64,000 nucleotides of DNA from Motiliproteus sp. (lineage in GTDB: Bacteria > Pseudomonadota > Gammaproteobacteria > Pseudomonadales > Balneatricaceae): contig JBALWH010000007.1 in NCBI GenBank assembly GCA_036960175.1, positions 23,462-87,461 on the forward strand, written 5' to 3'. A program made the translations under genes and the position numbers. Below are positions 38,980 to 49,378 of the stretch, piece after piece; the first letter of the stretch is position 1, and every line of letters begins with the position of its first letter. Under the pieces are notes generated by a model. The model saw only the letters and a program-made list of their open reading frames with translations. It was not told where the DNA came from and ran no database searches.

Positions 38980-39666
38980 TCAGTCCTCAAAGCGATAGCC
39001 AATGCCATGCACGGTCTGAATTATTTCAGGCACTCTTGGATCTAGCTCAAGGGTTTTACGCAGCTTCGATATATGTTGATCGAGGCTGCGACTGTTGGCC
39101 AGATAGTTGCGACCCCAGCAATGATTAAACAGCGACTCGCGATCCACCACTTTGCCGCAATTGTCATGCAGCAGGCGCAGTATTTTCATATCCCGAAGAC
39201 TGAGTTCGTAAACTGTGGAGCCGCGCTGGGCCCTTAACTGCTCGGGCATGACCTGCAGGTCTTTCATCACGAAGGCGTGGTCATTTTCGCTGTTGGCCTG
39301 AATCTGCAAACAACGGCGGGTCACGGCGCGAATACGGGCGATGACTTCGCGGCTGCCGAAAGGTTTTTTGATGTAGTCGTCGGCACCTAATTCAAGGCCC
39401 AGCACCTGATCTATCTCTTCGGATTTGGCGGTAATGAAAATGACCGGTACGGTTTGATTCTGCTGGCGTATCTGCCGGCAGATACTGTAACCATCCTGCT
39501 TCGGCATCATGATATCCAAAAGCACCGCATCGGGCTGAAACTGCTGATAGAGCTGCCAGGCCTGATCGCCATCGGCGGCTTCAATACAGTCATAGCCTTC
39601 CGCTTCCAACAGTGCTTTCAGCCCTTGGCGGATATGCAGATCGTCTTCGGCAATGAGTAACTTCAT
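38980..39666 (-). CDS. OmpR-family response regulator
   Basis: LLDIMMP receiver, GADDYIKKPF, wHTH with TVHGIGYRF; ATGA overlap with the kinase. Confidence 0.95.
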   Translation of the reverse strand: MKLLIAEDDLHIRQGLKALLEAEGYDCIEAADGDQAWQLYQQFQPDAVLLDIMMPKQDGYSICRQIRQQNQTVPVIFITAKSEEIDQVLGLELGADDYIKKPFGSREVIARIRAVTRRCLQIQANSENDHAFVMKDLQVMPEQLRAQRGSTVYELSLRDMKILRLLHDNCGKVVDRESLFNHCWGRNYLANSRSLDQHISKLRKTLELDPRVPEIIQTVHGIGYRFED

Positions 39667-41462
39667 GGAAGATCTCCGCGTGGGATAGCGTCTTCGGGCG
39701 TGTTAATTTGCAACAAAAAACTAGCGCCAGAGAGGGGGTGATCTGCAGCAGTATCTGTCAGGGTTTCCAGCATCAGATCACCATCTTGGGCCCGGGCCAG
39801 ATCTCTTGCCAGACCAAGGCCAATACCGGTGCCGCTGACGCCATCGGTGAGCTTGTTACTGATTCGGTAGAAGGGCGTGAAAATAGCCTCGGATTCGCCA
39901 GGTGCAATACCGGGCCCGTAATCTCTGATTCTGATATAGCTGCTCTGCGCCTCCTGCCAGCTGCTGATATCGATAAAGCGGCCATCCGCAGCGTATTTTT
40001 CACAGTTACTGATTAGGTTGTTAAGAATTTGCTCCAGCGCCTGACAGTCAAACAGGCGTATTTCGTTGGCGTTGCCGTCAAAGCGGATCTGCAAATTGTG
40101 ATCATTAAGGGCCGGGGTGAAGTTCTCGATAATCTGCTCAATGCAGCGGTCTATCTGGTCTTGCTTGGGGCTGATCTTTAAACCGCCACGTTTGATGCGG
40201 GAGAAGCTCAGGACGTTTTCGATCAGCCGGGATAGACGCTGGCTTTCGCTGGCAATAACCCGTAGATAGCGTTGTGGTACGGGGTCTTCTTCTTCGGTTG
40301 GCAGGTGCTGCTCCAGCATCTCTGCATAAAGTCGGACGTTGGTCAGCGGTGTTTTCAACTCATGGGACACCTGATTAACAAAATTCACCCGCTGCTCGGC
40401 ATTTCTTATTTCTCGATTGTGTTCCCGGTACAGCAGCCAGGCTAGGGCAGAAAGGCCGCTGGTAAGCAAAATTAGCCAGCTGACCAGTGACATCCAGCCA
40501 CTGTCTCCGGCTTGCAGCGCCGGTGCATAATAAGCCAGACGCCAGCTGCCGATAGGGTGGCTGAGGGGCAGGACTCTTTGTGGCTGGCTATTGGCCTGGG
40601 GGCGGTATTCGCCCCAGGCATAGACGACCTCATCACGGTCATTGATCAGGCGTATTTCTGCCCGTCCGAGAGAGCTGCTTTGACTGTCACCCTCTGGCAA
40701 CCGGTTTAGCAGGTCTGACACTAGGCGGGGGCCATTCAGTACAAAGCCGATAACGTTATCCAGGTCATCTCGCCACCAGAATATATGCTGCAGACCGGTA
40801 TCGGCGTACCAGGCGATCCAGCCATGCGGGTTGTCAGCCAGAATGTCAGTCTTTTGGGTCGGTGACTCTAAGCGTTCTGGCTGTGCCTGTTGGGATAGTT
40901 GACCACTGTATAAGGTTGAACTGAGAACGGAGTCTTCATATTGATCAGTGGCTGCTGAGGACGATTGCAGCTGGCTGCGTTGCCCGGTTCTTTTTATTGG
41001 CTGGTTAATCGGATCCAGCTCTGGGCTGTTAAATAGCTCTGGCGTTGCGAATAGTGCTTTGGTGCGTTCGACAAAAGCCTGCTCCAGGCGATTGCTTTGC
41101 TGGTTTGAGGGTGGGAATTGTCGCTCCCCCTGCGGGGTCAGGACAAACAGTTGGGATAGCCAGGGTGACTGTTTAATGTATTGTCGCAGGGGTTCTGGAG
41201 AGTAGGTGCCATCACGCTGTTGCTGCAGGGTTCTGGCGTCAGGGATCAGGCGCCTTTGTAGCGCGAGGAAGTGGTCCTGAAGCAGCTGGTCGACAGTCTG
41301 CAGGCGGTGTTCGATCAGGTTGCTGAACTGGTGTTCCAGTAATTGCTGCTGGTTCTGTTGATGACGGACTCCGAACCAGGCCAGCAGCAATACTGGCAAG
41401 AGGATAATGACGGCTAGCAGGATCGGAGTTCGTTTTTTCAGAGTCATGGTCAGCGACAGCAT
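39663..41462 (-). CDS. Membrane sensor histidine kinase
   Basis: Two TMs around a large periplasmic domain, VSHELKTPL H-box, DYGPGI, GTGIGL. Confidence 0.93.
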   Translation of the reverse strand: MLSLTMTLKKRTPILLAVIILLPVLLLAWFGVRHQQNQQQLLEHQFSNLIEHRLQTVDQLLQDHFLALQRRLIPDARTLQQQRDGTYSPEPLRQYIKQSPWLSQLFVLTPQGERQFPPSNQQSNRLEQAFVERTKALFATPELFNSPELDPINQPIKRTGQRSQLQSSSAATDQYEDSVLSSTLYSGQLSQQAQPERLESPTQKTDILADNPHGWIAWYADTGLQHIFWWRDDLDNVIGFVLNGPRLVSDLLNRLPEGDSQSSSLGRAEIRLINDRDEVVYAWGEYRPQANSQPQRVLPLSHPIGSWRLAYYAPALQAGDSGWMSLVSWLILLTSGLSALAWLLYREHNREIRNAEQRVNFVNQVSHELKTPLTNVRLYAEMLEQHLPTEEEDPVPQRYLRVIASESQRLSRLIENVLSFSRIKRGGLKISPKQDQIDRCIEQIIENFTPALNDHNLQIRFDGNANEIRLFDCQALEQILNNLISNCEKYAADGRFIDISSWQEAQSSYIRIRDYGPGIAPGESEAIFTPFYRISNKLTDGVSGTGIGLGLARDLARAQDGDLMLETLTDTAADHPLSGASFLLQINTPEDAIPRGDLP

Positions 41463-41498
41463 CCTGTGTATGGGTTTACCGAGCCACGGCTCAGGCTA

Positions 41499-42851
41499 TC
41501 AGTATTTCTGTTGGGTTGCGCGTTTATACTGACGGGCTTTGAGTTCCTTGCGTTTTTTGTTCCACTGCTGCTCATCGCCCAGCTCATCAGCATCTTTCAA
41601 GGCTTCGGCCTTCTGTTCCATCAGCTTTGGAGAGCTTAATGCCGCGCCCTGTGAACCCAGGTAAGTCGCGCTTTGTTTCAGGATTGTTTGGGCACCCTGA
41701 ATATCACCCTGATCCCTTTTTTCCAGGGCCTGACGACCATATTCATTGGCGACCTGTTCAACGGCTGACTCATAGGCGTTACTGTCGATGGCGGCTTCAA
41801 CTTCTTCTTTAGACTGGCTGAAAGAGGCGCTGACTCGCTCCCGTACTTGCTGGTTCTTGCGGGTGTAGAGGTTGTAATAGTCAATATCGATAGTGGCCAG
41901 TTCCAGGTCACTGCCTGCCTGTTGGGCCGGTACTTCGACCTCAAGGATGACGAATTTTTCCTGCTCGCTATAGAGCTGGTTGAGGCGAGCGCGAACACGG
42001 CCGCCAATGATATCGCTTTCTCGTCCAAGCAAGCGAATGGGTTTGATGCCCTTGCCGCAGTTGATCTCGATGGTGACACCCTGGGCGACCACGGATAACA
42101 CGTCGCCAAACTCATATTGGAATATGCTGGCCAGATCCTCGGCATTTTCTACAAAGGCATGGTTGCCATCGCTGAAACCTGCCAAGCGTGTCATCAGGTC
42201 TTCGTTATATCCCAAGCCGAGGCCGATAGTGGTGACGCTCATACCTTCTTTGGCCAGTGATGCACCCAGTTGTCCTAGCTCTCTGGGAGACTGTGGGCCA
42301 ACGTTAGCAAGGCCATCCGATAGCAGAATAACGCGATTAACCTTGTTTTGATCGAGGAACTTACGCAGTTCCTGAGCCCCTTTGCTGACACCGGCAAAAA
42401 GAGCGGTGTTGCCGTTGGCACGAATATGGCGGATGGCGTTGTAGATGCTTGGTTTATCGCTGACCTTAGTGGCGGGCACCACAACCTTGACCCGAGAGTC
42501 ATAACTGATCACCGAGACGATGTCTCTGTTGTCGAGGCGACGAATGGCCATTATCGCGGCTTCACGGGCCTGTTCAATTTTATCGCCAGCCATAGACCCA
42601 GATTTATCCAGGACGATGGCGATGTTGGCGGGTATGCGCTCCTGCTTGTTATGTTGCTTGAAGCCTTCCAAGGATATCTTGATAAACGCCTTGTGGACTT
42701 TGTCGGCGGCCATGACCGGGGTGGCCAGATTGATATTTAGATCAATCTCATTGGGCACTTTCAGGCTGGCGTTGGCGCTGCAGGCCAGCAGTGCCAGCAG
42801 GGCGCCGCCTAGCAGTTGCTTCATTGGCTGAGACACGTTGGGTGCGTTCAT
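41499..42851 (-). CDS. Exported vWA-domain protein
   Basis: Signal peptide; intact MIDAS (IVLDKSGS, GNTAL, LLSDG); AAGGA RBS. Confidence 0.9.
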   Translation of the reverse strand: MNAPNVSQPMKQLLGGALLALLACSANASLKVPNEIDLNINLATPVMAADKVHKAFIKISLEGFKQHNKQERIPANIAIVLDKSGSMAGDKIEQAREAAIMAIRRLDNRDIVSVISYDSRVKVVVPATKVSDKPSIYNAIRHIRANGNTALFAGVSKGAQELRKFLDQNKVNRVILLSDGLANVGPQSPRELGQLGASLAKEGMSVTTIGLGLGYNEDLMTRLAGFSDGNHAFVENAEDLASIFQYEFGDVLSVVAQGVTIEINCGKGIKPIRLLGRESDIIGGRVRARLNQLYSEQEKFVILEVEVPAQQAGSDLELATIDIDYYNLYTRKNQQVRERVSASFSQSKEEVEAAIDSNAYESAVEQVANEYGRQALEKRDQGDIQGAQTILKQSATYLGSQGAALSSPKLMEQKAEALKDADELGDEQQWNKKRKELKARQYKRATQQKY

Positions 42852-42975
42852 GATGATATTCCTTGTTCAGTGAGTATAGGGGAGCGGGGTGTTTCCGAAA
42901 ACCGGTCTTTCCCCAGGCTTCTGTATGTCACTGTATGCCAGTACTAAGGTTCAAAGGTCAGATGAGTTTTTGGGT

Positions 42976-42994
42976 TTTGTAAGGAGTTTGTAAG
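42976..42994 (-). promoter_or_regulatory. 11-bp-period direct repeat upstream of the vWA-HK-RR operon
   Basis: Minus strand CTTACAAA-CTC-CTTACAAA, the geometry of OmpR/PhoB-family operators. Confidence 0.55.
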
Positions 42995-43089
42995 CGCTGG
43001 CGGGGCTTGTTCAGAATGCCAATTTCTTTCATCATGCCTGCTGAGTCGAATTTGAAACGCTTTTTGAACTGAGTCGGAAAGGACTGAAA

Positions 43090-43536
43090 TTGATGAAAAC
43101 CCTATATGCTCTGCTCGCTGCAACCTTGTTGCTGAATACTTCGACCCTGATGGCTGCGGATGTCTCTGCTGAAATTCTGGCGCAAGGATCAGCCAGCTGG
43201 GATAGCGGTGGTTTTCAGTATCCTGCCGGGAAACCGCAGCTGACGGTGCAGAAAATCAGTATTAAGGCCGGGTCTGAGCCGCTGGAGCTAAGCATTCATT
43301 GCCATACAATCCCCCTGGCTGCCTACGTCGTCAGCGGCAGCGTCAAGGTAGTCAAGCTAAGCGGGGAAGAGAAGACTTTTCAGGCCGGGGAAGGTTTGAT
43401 AGAGGTGGTGAACAGCTGGCACAAAGGCGTGTTTGTGGATGATACCGAGCTGATCGTTTTTTATGCCGGCGCTGAGGGTACGCCACTCTCATTTAAGCAA
43501 GGTGATACTAAACCGACTTCGGCCAGTTGCCGATAA
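43090..43536 (+). CDS. Exported cupin-domain protein
   Basis: Signal peptide, HCH cupin motif, EVVNSWHKG, LIVFYAG. Confidence 0.8.
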   Translation: MMKTLYALLAATLLLNTSTLMAADVSAEILAQGSASWDSGGFQYPAGKPQLTVQKISIKAGSEPLELSIHCHTIPLAAYVVSGSVKVVKLSGEEKTFQAGEGLIEVVNSWHKGVFVDDTELIVFYAGAEGTPLSFKQGDTKPTSASCR

Positions 43537-43686
43537 GTCTGTAACGATGTAACCATAAAAATGTCAGCGGGCGCGTAATAACAGCATCAATAACCGTGCC
43601 TGATCATAGCTTTGATCGGAGCGATCCAGCCCGCGTTACTGGCACCAGCTGGAGGCCATTCTTGCGGAGGTTGCTTTTGCCGTTTG

Positions 43687-43935
43687 TCAGCTTTTGATTT
43701 GCTTATAAACAAACAGTACTGCGAACGCGCCTGCTGTTGCCGTAGCGATACTGCCTAGGCTTAGTCCTCCGGTGGTTCCCAAGCCGAAAAAAGATCCCGC
43801 CCAGCCACCCACAAAGGCGCCAACAATACCGAGGACCATGGTTATCAGCATGCCACCGCCGTCTTTACCAGGCATCAGCCATTTGGCCAGCATTCCAGCG
43901 ATCAACCCCAGGATAATCCAAGAAATAATGCCCAT
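43687..43935 (-). CDS. GlsB/YeaQ/YmgE-family membrane protein
   Basis: MGIISWIILGLIAGMLAKWLMPG, LGIVGAFVGG. Confidence 0.92.
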   Translation of the reverse strand: MGIISWIILGLIAGMLAKWLMPGKDGGGMLITMVLGIVGAFVGGWAGSFFGLGTTGGLSLGSIATATAGAFAVLFVYKQIKS

Positions 43936-44187
43936 TGTTTAATTCCTCATAGGTTAACGGATTGTTCGGGGGTTACAGCTTTTAGTGTAGATAAGCCTGA
44001 CAAAATTAGTAGCGGGAGCTTTGCTTCGCCACTGAGATCCCTCGCTGGGTTCAGGATAGATTAAGCTGTTGGTTCTAAAATGGTGAAACCTTCTGGATCT
44101 AACTGTGCTCAAAGGGTTTAATTGACTATAACTGAGTGTCGGCTCTGGTGTGAATAGATTGTGGGAATGCTGCTAATGGACAAGGCA

Positions 44188-45726
44188 ATGAGATTTAAGA
44201 GTTTTTGGGTTGTTTTTATATTGCTGACGGTGGCGGGTTGCTCGACCAACCCGGTGACCGGTAAGCAGGAACTGAATCTTATTTCCGAGCAGTGGGAGCT
44301 GAATACGGGTAAGAAGCAGTACTTGCCATTACGGCAATCTCAGGGCGGTGACTATGTGGTCGACCCCGTCGTTGAAGCCTATGTCAAAGAAGTCGGTCAA
44401 CGCCTGGCTGCCGTCAGTGATCGTAAGCTGCCCTATGAATTTAATGTGCTCAATAGTTCCGTTCCCAATGCCTGGGCGCTTCCCGGAGGTAAAATCGCCA
44501 TTAACAGGGGCTTGCTCACTGAGTTGGAATCTGAAGCGGAGCTGGCTGCTGTTCTGGGGCACGAGATTGTCCATGCTGCTGCTCGTCATGGCGCTCAGGG
44601 TATGCAACGAGGCGTGTTATTGCAGGGCGTGATGCTCGGAACTGCTATCGCCACCCAGGGTGAAGATTACGCTAATGTGGCCCGTTTGGGAGCGGGTCTC
44701 GGTGCTAAGTTGGTTGGTACCAAATATGGTCGTGATGCGGAAACTGAATCTGATAACTACGGCATGACCTATATGTCCCGGGCCGGCTATGACCCTCAGG
44801 GCGCTGTTGAGCTGCAGAAGACTTTCGTGAAGATGAAGGACGGAAAGAAGGCAAATTGGTTGGAAGGATTATTTTCCAGTCACCCGCCGTCTCAGCAGCG
44901 GGTCGATAATAATATTAAGAATGCCAACGGACTCCCCAAAGGCGGAGATATGGGGCGGGATAAGTATCAGAAGATGATGGCGCGTCTGAAAAAATCAGAG
45001 CCCGCATACGAGAATTACGATAAAGCTCAGAAGGCACTGGCTAAGAAAGACACTAAAACGGCGCGGAGCCTGATTAAGAAAGCCATTAGAATCGAACCTA
45101 AAGAGGGACATTTTTATTCCCTGCTAGGAGATATTGAATACAAACGCGAGCACTTCAAAACGGCCCGTACCCAATACAGCAAAGCCATCTCCCTGAACGA
45201 AGAATTTTTCTATTATCACCTGCGTCGCGGGCTGGCCAATGAGAAGCTGGATAACGGTAAGCAGGCCCGAGTAGATCTGGAGCGTAGTAATCAGCTACTG
45301 CCGACTGCTAATGCCCATAATGCCCTTGGGGATCTATCCCGTCAGGCCGGGGACCTGAGTGCGGCAAAGGGCTATTATGCTCTGGCCGCTGAGCAGCAGG
45401 GTGATATTGGTAAGGCTGCCTTCGGCTCATTGGTAGAGATGGATCTGCCGGCGAATCCGCAGAAATATATCAAGATTAAGAATATCAGCGATTCTCTGGG
45501 GCGTTGGTTTATTGAGGTTCAAAACCCTACCCCAAGGGCGATAAAAGGTGTCACCCTAATGCTAGAGTATCCGGATAAATACGGTGAAACCCGGCGTGTG
45601 ACGAAGCGCTTAAATGTGACTATTGAGCCCGGCGCCAGTCAGCGCCTTAACACCCGAATGTTGATTAATCCTAAGTTGGTTCGTCGTTACCAGAGCAAGA
45701 TCGTTGGCGCTCAGCTGGCGAAATAG
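44188..45726 (+). CDS. M48-family metalloprotease lipoprotein with TPR region (BepA-like)
   Basis: VAGC lipobox, NAWALPGG, LGHEIVH zinc motif, SSHP, TPR helices. Confidence 0.9.
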   Translation: MRFKSFWVVFILLTVAGCSTNPVTGKQELNLISEQWELNTGKKQYLPLRQSQGGDYVVDPVVEAYVKEVGQRLAAVSDRKLPYEFNVLNSSVPNAWALPGGKIAINRGLLTELESEAELAAVLGHEIVHAAARHGAQGMQRGVLLQGVMLGTAIATQGEDYANVARLGAGLGAKLVGTKYGRDAETESDNYGMTYMSRAGYDPQGAVELQKTFVKMKDGKKANWLEGLFSSHPPSQQRVDNNIKNANGLPKGGDMGRDKYQKMMARLKKSEPAYENYDKAQKALAKKDTKTARSLIKKAIRIEPKEGHFYSLLGDIEYKREHFKTARTQYSKAISLNEEFFYYHLRRGLANEKLDNGKQARVDLERSNQLLPTANAHNALGDLSRQAGDLSAAKGYYALAAEQQGDIGKAAFGSLVEMDLPANPQKYIKIKNISDSLGRWFIEVQNPTPRAIKGVTLMLEYPDKYGETRRVTKRLNVTIEPGASQRLNTRMLINPKLVRRYQSKIVGAQLAK

Positions 45727-45743
45727 CGATTTAACAATCGATA

Positions 45744-46076
45744 CTAGCCGCTCGGCTCAGCTGGATAAAACAGGCAGATCCAGATGCAGGGCGGCTGCTC
45801 ACTGGTCCATGCAACCCGGTGCCGGACTGCTGCAGGAATAAGCAAGGTGTCACCGGCTATTAGCTGTCGGTCCTGCTGTTCATCTGCAAAGCGTAATCTC
45901 GCCTGCCCCTGAATCAGCACTAGCCATTCGTTTTCATCCTGTTCATACCAAAATCCCGGTTCTGATCGGTGCCCCTGAGAAACAATGCGCTCAATTCTGA
46001 TGCCGGGTTTATCCAGAACCCTGGTTATCAGCTCTTCAGGAAGCTGCTCGGGTATGTCTGCAAAAATATTATCCAT
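45744..46076 (-). CDS. Small cupin-domain protein
   Basis: RIERIVSQGH.S..GFWYEQ.ENEW, IPAAVRHRVAWT. Confidence 0.88.
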   Translation of the reverse strand: MDNIFADIPEQLPEELITRVLDKPGIRIERIVSQGHRSEPGFWYEQDENEWLVLIQGQARLRFADEQQDRQLIAGDTLLIPAAVRHRVAWTSEQPPCIWICLFYPAEPSG

Positions 46077-46102
46077 ATCTTCAGGCTCTTACGATTTGCT
46101 GC

Positions 46103-46129
46103 TTAATTTTTGATCAGCTTGGCCGATAG
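46103..46129 (+). promoter_or_regulatory. sigma28 (FliA) promoter
   Basis: TTAATTTT-N11-GCCGATAG versus TAAAGTTT-N11-GCCGATAA. Confidence 0.6.
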
Positions 46130-46176
46130 CATAGGTTACCCCCAGCCAATTTTCTCATGATGCAGGTAATCAGGTC

Positions 46177-47334
46177 ATGTTTATCACTCAAAGCTGGTTG
46201 GATCTGGAAAGTCACCACCAGGCATCCAATTCGGTAGCACAACAAGAATCTCTTTTGCTGTTTAAAGTCTCGGCAGAGGGTCAGGTGCAGGAGTCTGTGC
46301 AGCTTGACCAAACTCGGGTCAGCTTGTCCGCTGAGGCCAGATCCCTGGCGCAGCGCATTGAGCGCGGCGATGGTCGCGTTGAGGAAGAGTTTTCCGCACT
46401 GGAAAGTCGTTCTGAGCAACAAAGCGAAGGTCTGTCCATACGTACGAATCCAGTAGTGGGCTACGTCCCTCTGACAGATGGCGACACCGAGACAGTTTCT
46501 TTAGATGCCCGCACATTGATGATCAAGGGCATTATTGAAGCGATGATTGGCAAATCCATTGATCTCTATGATCCCGCTACAGCGATGCGGGGCGGCGAAG
46601 AACCTAAATCATCATCTACTCTGGAAGTCGTTGCCGGTGAAGAAAATGTTGACCAGCAGGGGCCTAGTCGTGTGGGGCTGCGTTACCAGTACACGGAACT
46701 TCGTCATGAGCAGGAACACACAAGCTTTAGTGCCGAAGGCCAGGTTCAGACCGCCGATGGTCGCACCATTAGTATCGACCTCGAGCTGAATATGTCCCGC
46801 AGTTTTGTGGAGCATAATCATCTGGAGATCGAAGCAGGTGCTAGGCTAAAAGACCCCCTGGTGATCAATTTCGATGGCCGCGCTGCGGAACTGACGCAGC
46901 AGAAATATCAGTTCGATATTGATGCCGATGGCAGCGCTGACCAGGTCAGCTTTGTCGGGGAGCATAGTGGGCTATTAGCTCTGGACCGCAATAACGATGG
47001 CGAGATCAATGATGGTACCGAGTTATTCGGCGCCCTCAGTGGTAACGGCTTTGCTGACCTGTTGGAATACGATGAGGATGGCAATGGCTTTATCGATGAG
47101 GGCGACGCTATCTACGACAGTCTGCGGATCTGGGTTAAAACCCCGGATGGCTCTGATCAGCTGCTAGCTCTGGGTGATCGCAACGTTGGTGCTATTTATC
47201 TGGGCTCGGTGGAAACTCCCTTTGATCTTAAAGATAGTGAGAATGAATTACAGGGCCGCATTCGTGCCAGTGGAGTTTATATCGGTGAAGAAGGCGGTAG
47301 CGGCACGGTGCAGCAGATTGATCTGGTGGTTTGA
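46177..47334 (+). CDS. Acidic hypothetical protein with DxDxDG Ca-binding loops
   Basis: FDIDADGSAD, LDRNNDGEIND, YDEDGNGFIDEGD; no signal peptide. Confidence 0.8.
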   Translation: MFITQSWLDLESHHQASNSVAQQESLLLFKVSAEGQVQESVQLDQTRVSLSAEARSLAQRIERGDGRVEEEFSALESRSEQQSEGLSIRTNPVVGYVPLTDGDTETVSLDARTLMIKGIIEAMIGKSIDLYDPATAMRGGEEPKSSSTLEVVAGEENVDQQGPSRVGLRYQYTELRHEQEHTSFSAEGQVQTADGRTISIDLELNMSRSFVEHNHLEIEAGARLKDPLVINFDGRAAELTQQKYQFDIDADGSADQVSFVGEHSGLLALDRNNDGEINDGTELFGALSGNGFADLLEYDEDGNGFIDEGDAIYDSLRIWVKTPDGSDQLLALGDRNVGAIYLGSVETPFDLKDSENELQGRIRASGVYIGEEGGSGTVQQIDLVV

Positions 47335-47523
47335 GCGTTAATTCAGAACTTATTCCCTTCCCCCATCATGCCCTCTTTTGAATTTTCCCATACACCACAT
47401 TTTACAATATCACCGGTAATAGAGATAAGACCCTCGCCTAAAGTTGCGGGGTTTTTGCTATCTACGGGTTTAAGTGTTGGGCAGGTTTGTCGGTGCTTAC
47501 GGCCGTTCCCCGGTATTATCGTG

Positions 47524-47561
47524 TTGCATATCGTGCAATACCAAAGTGCATATATATCAAT
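47524..47561 (+). promoter_or_regulatory. IlvY-like operator upstream of ilvC
   Basis: TTGCA-TATCG-TGCAA palindrome, 13 nt, then ATATATCAAT; resembles E. coli ilvC O1/O2 as recalled. Confidence 0.55.
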
Positions 47562-47766
47562 ATACGAAAGACTTAGGCTGCTATAAACTAGTGCCCTAAA
47601 TTCTCAGAGCGCAAGCTTAATCAGGTTGTTCTGAGCCCTGCATCGCAGGTCAGTTTGTCACTAATTTCAGCGGACAGTGCTTATTCACAGCCTTGTTCGC
47701 TAAAACTCGATTAACTTATTGTTTTTACTGCTTTGGTAACGACCTAAATAAACGGAAATCGCAGAT

Positions 47767-49242
47767 ATGCCTAATAATTATTTCAATACCCTGCCGCTGC
47801 GCGAGCAGCTCGAGCAACTGGCTAAGTGCCGCTTCATGAACATCTCTGAGTTTTCAGACGGTGTTGCTGCACTGAAAGGCAAGAAGATGGTTATCATCGG
47901 TTGTGGCGCCCAGGGCCTTAACCAGGGTTTGAACCTGCGTGACAGTGGTCTGGATGTTTCCTACACCCTGCGTGCAGCAGCGATTGCTGAAAAGCGTCAA
48001 TCCTGGAAAAACGCGACTGAGAACGGTTTCACCGTGGGTACTTACGAAGAGCTGATTCCGACTGCTGATGTCGTATTGAACCTGACTCCTGATAAGCAGC
48101 ACACCCCTGTAGTCACTGAAATCATGCCGCTTATGAAGAAAGACTCTTGTTTGTCTTACTCTCATGGCTTCAACATCGTTGAAGAAGGCATGAAGATCCG
48201 TGAAGACCTGACCGTTATCATGGTTGCGCCTAAGTGCCCAGGTTCTGAAGTACGTGCAGAATACGTGCGTGGTTTCGGCGTTCCTACCCTGATCGCTGTT
48301 CACGAAGATAACGATCCTCAAGGTCAAGGTCTGGCTCTGGCCAAGGCATATGCTGTTGGTACTGGCGGTCACAAAGCCGGCGTATTGATGTCTTCTTTCA
48401 TCGCTGAAGTTAAGTCTGACCTGATGGGCGAGCAGACTATCCTTTGCGGTATGCTGCAGACTGGTTCTTTGCTGTGTTTCGACAAGATGGTCGCAGAAGG
48501 TGTCGACGCTGGTTACGCCTCTAAGCTGATTCAATTCGGTTGGGAAACTGTCACCGAAGCACTGAAATATGGCGGCGTAACCAACATGTTGGATCGTCTG
48601 TCCAACCCTGCCAAGATCAAAGCTTTTGATCTGTCTGAAGAGCTGAAAGTGATCATGCGTCCGCTGTACAACAAGCATCAGGATGACATCATCGATGGCA
48701 CCTTCTCTCGCACTATGATGGCAGATTGGGCTAATGATGACGTTAACCTGCTGGGCTGGCGTGCAGAAACGGCTGAGACAGCCTTCGAAAAGACTCCGGC
48801 TGGCGATGTTGAAATCTCCGAGCAGGAATTCTTCGATCACGGCATCCTCATGGTTGCTATGGTTAAAGCCGGTGTTGAGCTGGCATTCGAAACGATGACA
48901 GCTGCTGGCATCATCGCTGAGTCTGCTTACTACGAGTCTCTGCATGAAACTCCGCTGATCGCTAACACCATCGCCCGTAAGAAGCTGTACGAAATGAACG
49001 CTACCATTTCAGATACAGCTGAGTACGGTTGCTACCTGTATAACCACGCTTGTCTGCCTCTGCTTGCTGATTTCATGAAGAACATCAAGACTGATGTGAT
49101 CGGTCGTGGTCTGCCGGTTGATGACAACGGTGTTGATAACGCTCGTCTGATCGAAGTAAACGAAGCCCTGCGCAGCCACCCGGTTGAAGCGATTGGCGGC
49201 ATTCTTCGTGGTCACATGGCTGACATGAAGAAGATCGTTTAA
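47767..49242 (+). CDS. ilvC: Ketol-acid reductoisomerase, long (class II) form
   Basis: [39 protein letters not shown]; 491 aa. Confidence 0.97.
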   Translation: MPNNYFNTLPLREQLEQLAKCRFMNISEFSDGVAALKGKKMVIIGCGAQGLNQGLNLRDSGLDVSYTLRAAAIAEKRQSWKNATENGFTVGTYEELIPTADVVLNLTPDKQHTPVVTEIMPLMKKDSCLSYSHGFNIVEEGMKIREDLTVIMVAPKCPGSEVRAEYVRGFGVPTLIAVHEDNDPQGQGLALAKAYAVGTGGHKAGVLMSSFIAEVKSDLMGEQTILCGMLQTGSLLCFDKMVAEGVDAGYASKLIQFGWETVTEALKYGGVTNMLDRLSNPAKIKAFDLSEELKVIMRPLYNKHQDDIIDGTFSRTMMADWANDDVNLLGWRAETAETAFEKTPAGDVEISEQEFFDHGILMVAMVKAGVELAFETMTAAGIIAESAYYESLHETPLIANTIARKKLYEMNATISDTAEYGCYLYNHACLPLLADFMKNIKTDVIGRGLPVDDNGVDNARLIEVNEALRSHPVEAIGGILRGHMADMKKIV

Positions 49243-49293
49243 TCGATCTGTGTGATTAAAGTCTGCATCTGTTTGCAGGCTTTATGACCTAAG

Positions 49294-49322
49294 AAAGCCG
49301 GGATCTGCATCCTGGCTTTTTT
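49294..49322 (+). terminator. Intrinsic terminator after ilvC
   Basis: AAAGCCGGGAT-CTGC-ATCCTGGCTTT plus T run. Confidence 0.75.
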
Positions 49323-49378
49323 ATATCCGGACTTTGATGAGTCCAGACTTTATCGATTCAATAAACGGGTAGGCCTCT

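Noticed and set aside
47382-47456. thrL-like attenuator before ilvC (ITGN codons plus hairpin and T run)
   Set aside because: The frame has a stop at 47379-47381 and no start codon; the hairpin is more simply the terminator of the upstream gene.
47854-48945. 363-aa antisense ORF inside ilvC
   Set aside because: Same shadow-ORF effect; fully contained in a conserved gene.
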